DNA from: an uncultured Rickettsiales bacterium
Lineage (GTDB): Bacteria; Myxococcota_A; UBA796; UBA9615; CAYRNR01
Direction of reading: 5' to 3'
DNA length: 64,000 bases
Assembly: GCA_964558555.1 (NCBI GenBank)
Contig: CAZLEO010000005.1
Location: 10,968 to 74,967, forward strand
Shown: one piece after another, positions 1 through 8,742 of the stretch
Position numbering within the stretch: position 1 is the first letter of the stretch
How the letters are laid out: each line of letters opens with the position of its first letter
Made by a program: the position numbers and the translations under genes
Notes under the pieces: model-generated
Told to the model about the DNA's origin: nothing
The model's database searches: none
Seen by the model: only the letters and a program-made list of their open reading frames with translations

Positions 1-312
1 GCTGTAGTCGACCCCCACGACGCGGCCGCCCGGCCCCACCCGCCGCGCCGCGATCTGCGCGTCCAGGCCGGCGCCGCACCCCAGGTCGAGCACGCGCATC
101 CCCGGCGCCAGCAGCGCGATCTCGGCCACGTTGGACACCCCGGCGAAGGCGTCCACCGCCGCGTCGGGCGTGCGGTCCAGCTCCTCGGGTGTGTACCCCA
201 GGCTCTCGGCAAACCCCCGCCCCACGGGGAACGCGTGCTTGTCCGCCGGCCGATCGGCCGCGGCCGAGTAGGCCTCACGTACGCCCTCGCGCAGCTGCGC
301 TGTGGATTCCAT
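1..312 (-). CDS. SAM-dependent methyltransferase, arsenite methyltransferase (ArsM)-like, N-terminal part only; the 3' end lies outside the window
   Basis: Revcomp from ATG at 312 translates MESTAQLREGVREAYSAAADRPADKHAFPVGRGFAESLGYTPEELDRTPDAAVDAFAGVSNVAEIALLAPGMRVLDLGCGAGLDAQIAARRVGPGGRVVGVDYS. LDLGCGAG is a class I methyltransferase motif I and the N-terminus resembles ArsM. The gene is divergent from a LysR regulator. Confidence 0.7.
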   Translation of the reverse strand, partial: MESTAQLREGVREAYSAAADRPADKHAFPVGRGFAESLGYTPEELDRTPDAAVDAFAGVSNVAEIALLAPGMRVLDLGCGAGLDAQIAARRVGPGGRVVGVDYS

Positions 313-404
313 CGGCTCCGCCTCCGACCCCATTGTCGATGGCGCTCGGGCATCAGAGAAATGCATAATTTCGATGTGATTCATGCAAGAAACGAGGGCA
401 TGAG

Positions 405-1277
405 ATGAATCCCGAGCACCTCAAGACCTTCCTCGCCGTGACCCGCCACGGCAGCTTCACCCGCGCCGGCGAGGAGCGGCTGCTGTCCCAGCCCGCCGTG
501 TCGCGTCAGATCCAGCAGCTGGCCGACGGGCTGGGGCTACCCCTGTTCGAGAAGGTCGGCCGGATCCTGCACCTCACCGACGCGGGCCGCACGCTGGTCC
601 CCCTGGCCGAGGAGATCCTCGGCGGGATCGAGCGCGCCTCCGAGGCGGTCCAGCGCCACCGCTCCGCGGCCCACGGACGGTTGCGCGTCGGCGCGAGCTC
701 GACCCCGGGGATCCACCTGCTGCCTCCCCTGCTCGGCGCATTCCACCGCGAGTTCCCCGAGGTGGATCTGCACCTGGTCGTGGAGGACTCCCAGGGCATC
801 GAGCGCCGGCTCGTGCGCAACGAGATCGACCTGGGCTTCGTCGGCGCGCCCCCGACCCGGCCGGCCCTCGAGGCCCGCCACTTCGCCGACGACCAGATCG
901 TCTGCTTCGCCGCCACCGACGATCCCCTGGCCGCCCGGGAGCGCGTGGACCTCGTCGAGCTGTCCGATCGGCTGTGGATCACCCGCAAGCCCGGGTCGGC
1001 GACACGACAGCTGTTCGACACCTGGATCACCCGCGCCGGCGCGACCCCGCACCACACCATCGAGATCGACTCCCCCGAGGCCATCAGGGCCCTGGTGGCC
1101 GCCGGCGTGGGGCTCTCCTACCTGTCCCTGTCCGGGCTGCAGCGAGACATCGAAGACGGCCGCGTCGCCACGATCCCCGTCACCGGGGGCGACCTGATCC
1201 GGCCCATCTACCTCGTCAGGCACGCACACAAGCACACGTCGCCGGTGATGGACGCGTTCATCCACCTCGTCTCTTGA
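405..1277 (+). CDS. LysR family transcriptional regulator
   Basis: The N-terminal HTH (MNPEHLKTFLAVTRHGSFTRAGEERLLSQPAVSRQIQQLADGLGLPLFEK) is followed by a LysR substrate-binding fold. It is divergent from the methyltransferase gene. Confidence 0.9.
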   Translation: MNPEHLKTFLAVTRHGSFTRAGEERLLSQPAVSRQIQQLADGLGLPLFEKVGRILHLTDAGRTLVPLAEEILGGIERASEAVQRHRSAAHGRLRVGASSTPGIHLLPPLLGAFHREFPEVDLHLVVEDSQGIERRLVRNEIDLGFVGAPPTRPALEARHFADDQIVCFAATDDPLAARERVDLVELSDRLWITRKPGSATRQLFDTWITRAGATPHHTIEIDSPEAIRALVAAGVGLSYLSLSGLQRDIEDGRVATIPVTGGDLIRPIYLVRHAHKHTSPVMDAFIHLVS

Positions 1278-1338
1278 CCCGTGGTGTAGCCTGGAGGCAG
1301 GAAGGAGCGCGCCCATCGGACAGGAACCCACCCACGAC

Positions 1339-2490
1339 GTGATCGTGGTCGGCGCCGGACCGGCCGGCAGCACGGCCGCATTCCACGTGGCCGACGATCC
1401 GGCCCTCGACGTGCTGATCGTCGACCGGCAGTCGTTCCCCCGCCCCAAGACCTGCGGCGGCGCCCTCGTGGGCTGCCGGGACTGGAGCGCCGAGTTCCGC
1501 AACTACGAAGCTGCCGGGCCGGTCCCCACCGGCCACCCGGTGTCCTCGCTGCGCCTCTGCCTCGACCGGCGCACCTGGTGGGAGAGCCGGGGTGAGCACT
1601 TCTTCGATCACGTGCCGCGCGACGAGTTCGACGACCGGCTCCTGCGCGCGGCCCTGGCCCGGCCCGGCGTCTCCTTCCGCACCTTCCACGTCCGCTCCGC
1701 CCGGCGCGACGACGACGGCACCATCGCGCTGTCCGACGGCCACGAGACGCTGCGCGCGCGGGCGGTGGTGGGTGCGGACGGCGTGACCAGCCGCCTCGCC
1801 CGGTTCCTGGGCAATCCGCCGCGCGACCTCGCCAACGCCGGCGTCTGCCGCGTGCACCACCTCGCGTGTGATCGCGGCCACGAGACCGCGCACGTGTTCT
1901 ACCTGCTCGATGGACGCCCCGGGTACGGCTACCTGTTCCCCACCGCAGAGGGGTACTGCCTCGGCGTCGGCTTCCTCGGCGACGCCGGCAGGCACGCCAA
2001 GCAGCACCTCGCCGACCTGCTCGACCACTGCCTCGCGGAGGGGTTGATACCGGCCGACCACACCCTCCGACGGACGTCCGGCGCGCTGGCCCCGGCGAGC
2101 GCGGTGCGCCAGATCGCCGACCGGGGTGTCCTGCTCACCGGCGACGCCGCCGGCCTGCTGCACCAGCTCAGCGGCGAGGGCATCTACTACGCCATGCACA
2201 GCGGTCGCCTCGCCGGGACCGCCCTCGCCCAGGGGCTGTCTGGCGCCGACGATCGTTACCGCGAGGCCGTGCAGCCCCTGATCGACGAGGTGACCTACCT
2301 GCGGACCCTGCGGCCGCGGCTGCTCGGCGGCCTGCTCGCCACCACCTTCCGCGCCGCAGACCTCGCGCTGGTCCTCGGCCTGGACGCGCCCATCCGCAGC
2401 GCGCTGCTCAACCGCCTCTTCCGGCGGCCCGGGCGGATCGAGGGCAGCGCCTACGCCGCGCTCGACGGCCGGGGGCCGCGGCCCAGCTGA
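1339..2490 (+). CDS. FAD-dependent oxidoreductase (geranylgeranyl reductase / NAD(P)/FAD-dependent family)
   Basis: DVIVVGAGPAGS Rossmann motif at the N-terminus; 383 aa with high GC3. The annotated GTG start at 1339 sits inside the beta-strand of the FAD motif, so the real start may be non-canonical and slightly upstream (an RBS-like aaggag lies at 1302-1307). Confidence 0.75.
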   Translation: MIVVGAGPAGSTAAFHVADDPALDVLIVDRQSFPRPKTCGGALVGCRDWSAEFRNYEAAGPVPTGHPVSSLRLCLDRRTWWESRGEHFFDHVPRDEFDDRLLRAALARPGVSFRTFHVRSARRDDDGTIALSDGHETLRARAVVGADGVTSRLARFLGNPPRDLANAGVCRVHHLACDRGHETAHVFYLLDGRPGYGYLFPTAEGYCLGVGFLGDAGRHAKQHLADLLDHCLAEGLIPADHTLRRTSGALAPASAVRQIADRGVLLTGDAAGLLHQLSGEGIYYAMHSGRLAGTALAQGLSGADDRYREAVQPLIDEVTYLRTLRPRLLGGLLATTFRAADLALVLGLDAPIRSALLNRLFRRPGRIEGSAYAALDGRGPRPS

Positions 2491-5400
2491 TAGGCGAAGC
2501 TGTCCACCCGCCGCGCGTCCAGCGGCATGGCGTCGTCGTAGAAGAACAGGGTGGGTACGCGGCGCTGGTGGCGCAGCAGGCTCTCCTCGATCAGGCCGTT
2601 GTCGCAGCCCCAGCAGCTGGTCATCACCACACCCTGGACGGGCAGGGTGTCCACGTGGTGCAGCACGTTGCCCACGGCCAGCACGGAGGCGCCGTTGGTG
2701 GCGCGCGACAGGATGGGGTGGGCCCGCTTCAGGGCGGACCGCGTGTCCGGCACGGGCAGCCAGGGGTGGACCTTGCGGACCAGCCCGTACAGCTGGCCGC
2801 GGATCAGGGCCATGGAGGGGCGATAGGTCATCGGGACCAGACGCCCGGCGCTGCGGCCGAACAGCAGGTGCGGGTGGTCGATGGCCAGGTACTCGAGGAA
2901 GTCCCCCAGGGGCTCGGGGATCGCCCGCACGCCGAGGCCGGCGAGGTACTGGAACAGCCCGGCGTTGGCGAAGTCGTTGCCCTTGGTCAGGGCGTCGCCG
3001 GACACGAAGACGGTGCGCAGCGAGGTGTCGTCGCCCAGCGCTGCGAACTCCTCCGCGGCGGCGGCGAGCTCGCGGCGTGCGGCCCTCCACTGGCTCATCA
3101 CCTGCATACCGGCGAGGGGGCCACCGCGCACGGTGGCGCCGAAGATCTCCAGCAACGCCTCGCTGTGGCGGCGGTACAGGGCCTCGGCCTGATCTGCGTC
3201 CAGGGGCAGGTGGTAGCGGTACAGCTGGTGGACGATGTCCAGGGCGGTCACCCCGATCCAGATGCGCGTGGTCATGCCCATGCCGCCGGCGATGCGGATG
3301 GGCTGGACCGTGACCCGATCGGCGAGGCCGAGGTCGGCCACCGCGAGGCGGTCCTTGGTCACGAACATGCCGCCGCGGCACATCTGCCCGGCGATCTGCA
3401 TCAGGCGGACTTCCTTGTCGGTGGGGTTCGTCTCCAGGTACTCGCGGAAGCAGCCCCACAACAGCTGGTACGAGATGCACTCCTTGCCCGAGCAGTTACG
3501 ACGCCCGCGGTCCAGGTTCTCGTGGCTCATGGGCGGCGCCACGTCCGCGTCGAACCCGTAGGCGCGGTAGATCGCCGCGAACAGATCGCCCAGGTAGTCG
3601 GGACCGGAGAGGAAGACGTAACGCGCGTCCTTGTCGAGGTACGCGCCCGTGCGCGGGGTCGGTCCCACGTAGGCCTCGGCCCGCGCGGCCCGCTCCGAGG
3701 TCCCGGTGTCGTCGGCGCCGCCGTGCTGGGCGACCGAGTGCAGGAACGCCTGGATGCGCGTGACGTATCCGGCGGCGCCGCCGTGGCCGTCGCTCTCCAG
3801 CAGCGTGTGCGGGTGGCCGTCGAGCAGGCCCGAGAAGACGTGCTCGGTGAACGACGCCGGTCCACAGCCGAAGGAGCTGAGCAACAGCGGATAGACGTCG
3901 CCGTGCTGCCGCGCGGCGTGGGCGGCGCGCACCGCCCGGTTGGCGTCACCCCAGTAGACCTTGGCCAGCTCCGGGGTGTCGTCGCCGATGGCGAAGGCGT
4001 CCATGGGCACGGCCATGGCGCCGTTTTGCCTCACCAGGTGCGGGATGTCGGCGTTGATGGCCCGGTCGTGGATCACGTGGCGGTGGCCGCACACGAGCAC
4101 CGCAGGGATCTCGTGGGTCCGCGCAAACTCCAGGGCCTCGGCGCCCGCGTCGACCAGGGCCTCCTCGAACGTTGCCTGGGCGCGGCCGGCGGCGGCGACC
4201 GCGGCCGAGACGCGCGAGGTGTCGGCCGCGGGTAACCCTGCGTCGGCCATCGCCTCGGCCAGTGCCCTGCCCCGCTGCTCCTCGCCGCCGGCAAGATCCC
4301 GGTCGAAGGACAGCGACGGCCGGATCACCTTCACGTCGCGGCCCCGCACGCGCATGCCCCCCTCCACGAGCTGGGGCATGGCCTGCTGGGTGACGCAGCT
4401 CTGTCCGGAGTATCCGCGCCGCTCCCCCACCTCCCGGATCAGCGGGAACAGCAGCAGCGGACCGCTGGTGTCGCAGACCGCGTGGGCGATCTTGGTGGGG
4501 CCGCACGAGTCGAAGCTGTTGCACAGCTGCTCGCCGCGGGCCAGGGTCCCGCCGTCCGAGGTAAGGATCTCCACGCCGAAGCCCAGCTCGCCCACGAACG
4601 CGGCCAGCCACGGGATGTGGGGGCCCACCGCGCCGGTGAGGGGGATGCTGATGCGCGGGCCGTCCACGTCGCGCTGGTGCGCCAGCAGCAGGTCGACGCG
4701 CAGGGCAAAGGGGTCCGGCGCCCCCTTGGGCAGCCGCTTCGCCGATCGGCCGGCCACCTCGTACTTGGGGCACGCGCCGCCGGACAGCGCGATGCGCTCC
4801 TCGCCGTCCACGGCGATCACGGTGCGGTCGATGGGGCACAGGGTGGCGCAGGCCTTGTCGCGGCACTGGAACTCCGACCGCGAGACAATCTCGGCGTCGA
4901 GCACCGCCGCCAGATCCATCTGCGGCGCGTCCGCCGACAGCTCCTCGAGCGCCTGCAGCGCGATCCCCCATGCGCCCATGGCGCCGGGGTTGGGCGGCAC
5001 GGTGATCTCGGCGCCGGTCACGGCGGCCAGCGTCCACGCCAGGGAGGGATTGGACGCTGGTTTGCCCTGGAAGAACACCCGCGGCGCCAGGGTGCGCTGG
5101 CCCATCACGCGGTTGAGGTAGTTGTGGATGATGGAGTACTGGAACCCGGCGAACACGTCGCCGAGGTCGAAGTCCTCCCCCAGCGCCGCCGCGGCCGCGT
5201 CGGCCATGTACACGGTGCACATCTGGCCCAGGTCGGGCGGGCGTTCGGCGTCGCGGGCCAGCCCGACGACCTGCTCGATGTCGGTGACGTCGTACACCGC
5301 GGCCTGCTCCTCGAGGAACGATCCCGTGCCCGCGCTGCACGCCTGGTTCAGATCGCTGTCGACGATCCGACCGCCCTGGATGCGAATGTACTTGGCGTCC

Positions 5401-6668
5401 TGGCCGCCGATCTCGATCACCGACAGGTCGTCGCCGCCGGCCCCGTCCACCCGCATCGCCGCCGTCGCGTGGGCGGCGATCTCGTTGGCCACCACCACCT
5501 GCGCGTCTTCCCCGAACACGGCCTCGACCAGGGCCGCGGCAGCCACGCGCCCCGACCCGGTCAGCGCGACGGCGCGCACGTCGGGGGTGCAGCGGTCGAG
5601 CACCGCGCGCACCAGCCGCCGGGTCGCACCCACCGGATTGCCCCGCGTGCGGTCGTACACGTCCAGCACGGGTTCCCCGGTGTCCACGGACACCAGCACG
5701 GCCTTGGCGCCGGTGGAGCCCAGGTCCAGCCCCAGCACCACCGGCCGCTGACCCCAGTCCGCCGGTGGATCGGCGGCCTCGAGGATGCGGACCTGATCCG
5801 CGAACTGCCGGGCCGGCTCCAGCACCCGCAGCTGCTCGGTGACGGACTCGATCAGCGTTCCGGGATCGTCGGGCAGCGCGGCTGCTTCCTCCCCGCGCGC
5901 CTCCCCCGCCGCCAGCAGCGCCGCGCCCAGCGCCTCGAACACCGCGGCGTGCGCCGGTCTCCTCACCTCCGCCCCGACCCGCTCGGCAAAGGACCGGCGG
6001 AACGACTCGATCTCCGCGCAGCCGCCCACCAGGTAGACCGGCCCGTCCACCCGGTTGCGCTGCAGCAGCGCCACGGTGTTGTGGACCATGGACTCGAAGT
6101 AGCCGCGCATCAGCTCGGCGGTGGACTTGCCCTGATTGGCGTGGTGCGTCATCTCCGACTTGGTGAACACAGAACACCGCGCCGTGATCGGCACCCCGAG
6201 GTCCGCGGTCAGCGCCAGCTCGTCCGCCTGGGCCAGCGTCAGGCCGAACCGGCCTGCGATCTTGACCACGTTCTCGCCGGTGCCGGACGAGCACTTGTCG
6301 TTCTCGAGGTACTGCACTTGCCCGTCCGCCGACCGCGCGAGCACGCTGTAGCCCCGCGCTCCCACGCCGACCACGTGCAACGCGCCGCGCGGCACCTCGC
6401 GGACGACGGCCGCCTCCTGGCAGGCGTCCTCGGGCAGACGGATCACCGGACGAACGAGCTGGCCCGCGTGGACGCCCGTGGCCCCCAGCGCAACGCAGCC
6501 CGCGACGTCGGCGTCGCGATACCACTGCTCGAACCGCCCCATCGGATCGCCGTCGTGGAACACCACCTGCTCGTCGTCGACGACGAACCCTCCGTCCCCA
6601 TCGAGGTGCCCCACGACGAAGCACGCCGTGGCCTTGCCCAGATCACATCCAGCGATTCGCATGTTCAT
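2451..6668 (-). CDS. CoA-substrate-specific enzyme activase fusion: two BadF/BadG/BcrA/BcrD-type ATPase domains plus a 2-hydroxyacyl-CoA dehydratase (HgdB)-like domain, about 1405 aa
   Basis: From MNMRIAGCDLGKATACFVVG onward there are two acetate/sugar-kinase-fold ATPase modules (LGLDLGSTGAKAVLVS; DKCSSGTGENVVKIAGRFGL), a Cys-rich region and a long C-terminal domain. The start is set at ATG 6668 (MNMRIAG); the 627 nt upstream within the track ORF 2451..7295 is antisense to a well-coded + strand gene. Confidence 0.75.
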   Translation of the reverse strand: MNMRIAGCDLGKATACFVVGHLDGDGGFVVDDEQVVFHDGDPMGRFEQWYRDADVAGCVALGATGVHAGQLVRPVIRLPEDACQEAAVVREVPRGALHVVGVGARGYSVLARSADGQVQYLENDKCSSGTGENVVKIAGRFGLTLAQADELALTADLGVPITARCSVFTKSEMTHHANQGKSTAELMRGYFESMVHNTVALLQRNRVDGPVYLVGGCAEIESFRRSFAERVGAEVRRPAHAAVFEALGAALLAAGEARGEEAAALPDDPGTLIESVTEQLRVLEPARQFADQVRILEAADPPADWGQRPVVLGLDLGSTGAKAVLVSVDTGEPVLDVYDRTRGNPVGATRRLVRAVLDRCTPDVRAVALTGSGRVAAAALVEAVFGEDAQVVVANEIAAHATAAMRVDGAGGDDLSVIEIGGQDAKYIRIQGGRIVDSDLNQACSAGTGSFLEEQAAVYDVTDIEQVVGLARDAERPPDLGQMCTVYMADAAAAALGEDFDLGDVFAGFQYSIIHNYLNRVMGQRTLAPRVFFQGKPASNPSLAWTLAAVTGAEITVPPNPGAMGAWGIALQALEELSADAPQMDLAAVLDAEIVSRSEFQCRDKACATLCPIDRTVIAVDGEERIALSGGACPKYEVAGRSAKRLPKGAPDPFALRVDLLLAHQRDVDGPRISIPLTGAVGPHIPWLAAFVGELGFGVEILTSDGGTLARGEQLCNSFDSCGPTKIAHAVCDTSGPLLLFPLIREVGERRGYSGQSCVTQQAMPQLVEGGMRVRGRDVKVIRPSLSFDRDLAGGEEQRGRALAEAMADAGLPAADTSRVSAAVAAAGRAQATFEEALVDAGAEALEFARTHEIPAVLVCGHRHVIHDRAINADIPHLVRQNGAMAVPMDAFAIGDDTPELAKVYWGDANRAVRAAHAARQHGDVYPLLLSSFGCGPASFTEHVFSGLLDGHPHTLLESDGHGGAAGYVTRIQAFLHSVAQHGGADDTGTSERAARAEAYVGPTPRTGAYLDKDARYVFLSGPDYLGDLFAAIYRAYGFDADVAPPMSHENLDRGRRNCSGKECISYQLLWGCFREYLETNPTDKEVRLMQIAGQMCRGGMFVTKDRLAVADLGLADRVTVQPIRIAGGMGMTTRIWIGVTALDIVHQLYRYHLPLDADQAEALYRRHSEALLEIFGATVRGGPLAGMQVMSQWRAARRELAAAAEEFAALGDDTSLRTVFVSGDALTKGNDFANAGLFQYLAGLGVRAIPEPLGDFLEYLAIDHPHLLFGRSAGRLVPMTYRPSMALIRGQLYGLVRKVHPWLPVPDTRSALKRAHPILSRATNGASVLAVGNVLHHVDTLPVQGVVMTSCWGCDNGLIEESLLRHQRRVPTLFFYDDAMPLDARRVDSFAYQLGRGPRPSSAA

Positions 6669-6686
6669 GGGGGCGAATTGTACTCT

Positions 6687-7460
6687 GTGGGCGTGCGCAA
6701 CCCGGTCCCCCTGTTCGCCGCGATCACCGTGATCGCCTGTGGGTCGCCCGCGGTCGAGCCGCCGGCGGAGACCACCGAGGCGCTGGGCGTGGTCGAGATC
6801 GGCGGCCTGCGGGTCCACGGCGACGAGGCTCCCGAGACACTGCAGAGGCGGGCCGATGCCCTCGCAGCGGTCGCCGGCCGGCTGCGCGAGGACTTGTTCG
6901 ACCAGGCCCCCGAGCCACCCCTGGACGTCTGGCTGTTCAGCGATCCGGCCAGCACCACCGTGAACACACAGCGGCTGTTCGGTCGCGCCCCCGACCCGCC
7001 CGAGGGCTTCTACTCCGTGGCCGACCACGCCATCGTCGTGGATGTGTCCCAGGGGGATCGTGCGCCGGTGCACTTCCTCGTCCATGCCTTCATGCACGCG
7101 AACTTCCCGCAGTGCCCGGTGTGGTTCGACGAGGGACTGGCAGCCCTGTACGAGGGAGCCGCGGCGGTGCTGCCGCCGGACGGGGATCTTCCGAGCCTGC
7201 AGGCGTTGACCCAGCTCGACCAGGCCGGGTTCCACGGCGTGGGAAGGCCGGTCCACCGGGTGATGTCGCGCCGCGTGTGCGAATGGCTGGAACACCAGGG
7301 GCTGCTCCGCGCGTTCTACGATCAGCTACGCGCGAACCACGGCTCCGATCCGGGCGGGTATGCGACACTGCAGTCCGTCCTCGGCCACCCGCAGGCGGCC
7401 GATCTGCAGGCGGCGTGGGAGCGCTGGCTCCTCGCGCCCGACCAGGAGAACGTGCCATGA
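6687..7460 (+). CDS. hypothetical lipoprotein (probable GTG start; HAFMH-containing domain)
   Basis: Taking GTG at 6687 gives MGVRNPVPLFAAITVIAC, a signal peptide plus lipobox (VIAC). GC3 is very high along 6687..7460. The stop overlaps the next gene's start (ATGA at 7457-7460). Confidence 0.55.
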   Translation: MGVRNPVPLFAAITVIACGSPAVEPPAETTEALGVVEIGGLRVHGDEAPETLQRRADALAAVAGRLREDLFDQAPEPPLDVWLFSDPASTTVNTQRLFGRAPDPPEGFYSVADHAIVVDVSQGDRAPVHFLVHAFMHANFPQCPVWFDEGLAALYEGAAAVLPPDGDLPSLQALTQLDQAGFHGVGRPVHRVMSRRVCEWLEHQGLLRAFYDQLRANHGSDPGGYATLQSVLGHPQAADLQAAWERWLLAPDQENVP

Positions 7461-7933
7461 AGATCCTCCCTGGAATCGTCCTGCTGTGCCTCGCCCTGGC
7501 CGGACCCGCCGCGGCCGACGTGGTCGGACCACCCCCCGACCATTGCCCCAACGGCTCGATCCCGGACTCGTCCCACGCCGGGCCTACCTGCTGGCCCTCC
7601 GTGTGTACGACCAACAGCGACTGCTCCGGCGGCGAGGTCTGCGTGGAGCGCGCCCTGTGCGTGGAGCCCGTGAACGGGTTCAGCCACGGCGGTCAGTTCA
7701 CCCTGGACCACGCCGTGACCTCGTGCGACGGCGACAGGCTCTGCCCCCCGGGCGCCACCTGCCAGAGCGACCACCGCTGCATGCCCCGCGCCGCCACGCT
7801 GGTCAAGGACGTGCCCTACACCTCCCTCGCCATCGGCGGCGTGGTGATCGGTGCGGTGTTGCTGATCGGGCTGATCCTGGTCATCCTCATCGGCGTCGTC
7901 GTGTTCAGGCGACGCAACCGGAGGCCCCGTTGA
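7457..7933 (+). CDS. secreted Cys-rich type I membrane protein
   Basis: MKILPGIVLLCLALAGPAAADVV is a signal peptide. It is followed by a 12-Cys extracellular region, a C-terminal TM helix (IGGVVIGAVLLIGLILVILIGVVVF) and a basic tail RRRNRRPR. The start overlaps the upstream stop. Confidence 0.6.
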   Translation: MKILPGIVLLCLALAGPAAADVVGPPPDHCPNGSIPDSSHAGPTCWPSVCTTNSDCSGGEVCVERALCVEPVNGFSHGGQFTLDHAVTSCDGDRLCPPGATCQSDHRCMPRAATLVKDVPYTSLAIGGVVIGAVLLIGLILVILIGVVVFRRRNRRPR

Positions 7934-8742
7934 GCACCCACATCTACTACTTCACCGGCACCGGCAACTCCCTGTGGGCGGCCCGCACCCTGGTCGAGAA
8001 GCTGGACGACGTCACGCTGACGCCGATGGTGCTGGCCATGGCCGAGGGGGAGACCAGCCCGGTGGAGGACCGCGTCGTGCTGGTGTTCCCCGTGTACATG
8101 TACCGGATGCCCCACATCGTGGTGAAGTTCGTCGGCCGGCTGCAGACGCGGGCGCCGGTATCGGTGGTCGTGACCATGGGCGGCGCCACCGGCGATCTGT
8201 TCTCCGGGATGAAGCGCCTGTTCGACGAGCGCGGGCTGAAGCTCACCTACACCGCCAGGGTGAAGATGCAGTCCAACTACATCCCCTTCGGCGGCGCCCC
8301 CGACGACGACCGCCTCGCCGAGGGATTCCGGGGCGCCGAGGCCCGCATGGACGCCATCGCCGACGAGATCGGGCGTGGCGTGGAGCGGATCGACCTCGAC
8401 CACGCCTTCTTCAGCGCCAAGGTCCACCCCGGGATGCTGTACAAGCTGGGCTACAAGTACGCCGCCGTGACCGACAAGAGCTACCGCGTCAGCGACGCGT
8501 GCGACGGCTGCGGGATCTGCGCGCTGGTGTGCCCGGTGGACAACCTCGTCATGGCCGACGACCGCCCCACCTGGAACCAGCGCTGCGAACAGTGCATGGC
8601 CTGCCTGCAGTGGTGTCCGCAGGAGGCGATCGACGTCAAGACCAAGACCCAGGGGCTGCGTCGCTACCAACACCCTCAGGTGAAGTCCAAGGACATCGTC
8701 GCGCAGAAGAAGCGCAAGAAGAGTCGCGCCAAGAAGGCGTGA
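7930..8742 (+). CDS. EFR1-family ferredoxin (flavodoxin-like domain plus 2x[4Fe-4S])
   Basis: TTG start at 7930 has GGAGG 5 nt upstream and overlaps the previous stop (TTGA). STHIYYFTGTGNS is a flavodoxin-like start. The C-terminus carries CDGCGICALVCP and CEQCMACLQWCP ferredoxin motifs. Confidence 0.7.
   Translation: MSTHIYYFTGTGNSLWAARTLVEKLDDVTLTPMVLAMAEGETSPVEDRVVLVFPVYMYRMPHIVVKFVGRLQTRAPVSVVVTMGGATGDLFSGMKRLFDERGLKLTYTARVKMQSNYIPFGGAPDDDRLAEGFRGAEARMDAIADEIGRGVERIDLDHAFFSAKVHPGMLYKLGYKYAAVTDKSYRVSDACDGCGICALVCPVDNLVMADDRPTWNQRCEQCMACLQWCPQEAIDVKTKTQGLRRYQHPQVKSKDIVAQKKRKKSRAKKA

Noticed and set aside
537-1502. Long minus-strand ORFs antisense to the LysR and oxidoreductase genes. The same pattern recurs across the window: 1258..3480, 2568..4235, 3946..6624, the 5' part of 4482..7460, 8636..10378, 12981..14033, 14211..15770, 15870..18863, 18703..21414, 19803..21323, 22431..24005, 22718..23950, 25543..26904, 27290..29182, 29558..31165, 29691..31301, 31103..31858, 31865..33187, 33771..35066, 33860..35539, 37026..38315, 37301..39715, 41778..42728, 42338..43435, 43359..44693, 45970..46866, 54530..55732, 58535..59890 and 59860..61335.
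   Set aside because: In a roughly 70% GC genome, stop codons are rare in every frame. These ORFs are Arg/Gly/Pro/Ala-rich, lack domain motifs, and overlap genes with clear motifs and high GC3 on the other strand.
2451-7295. Annotating the full 1614-aa track ORF as the activase gene.
   Set aside because: The first 209 codons have no similarity to activases and are antisense to a well-coded + strand lipoprotein gene. The conserved ATPase N-terminus (MNMRIAGCDLGKA) begins at 6668.
7112-7933. The 273-aa version of the Cys-rich protein ORF starting at 7112.
   Set aside because: The upstream part overlaps the better-supported lipoprotein gene in another frame. A signal-peptide start (MKILPGIVLLCLALAG) lies at 7457 with an ATGA overlap.
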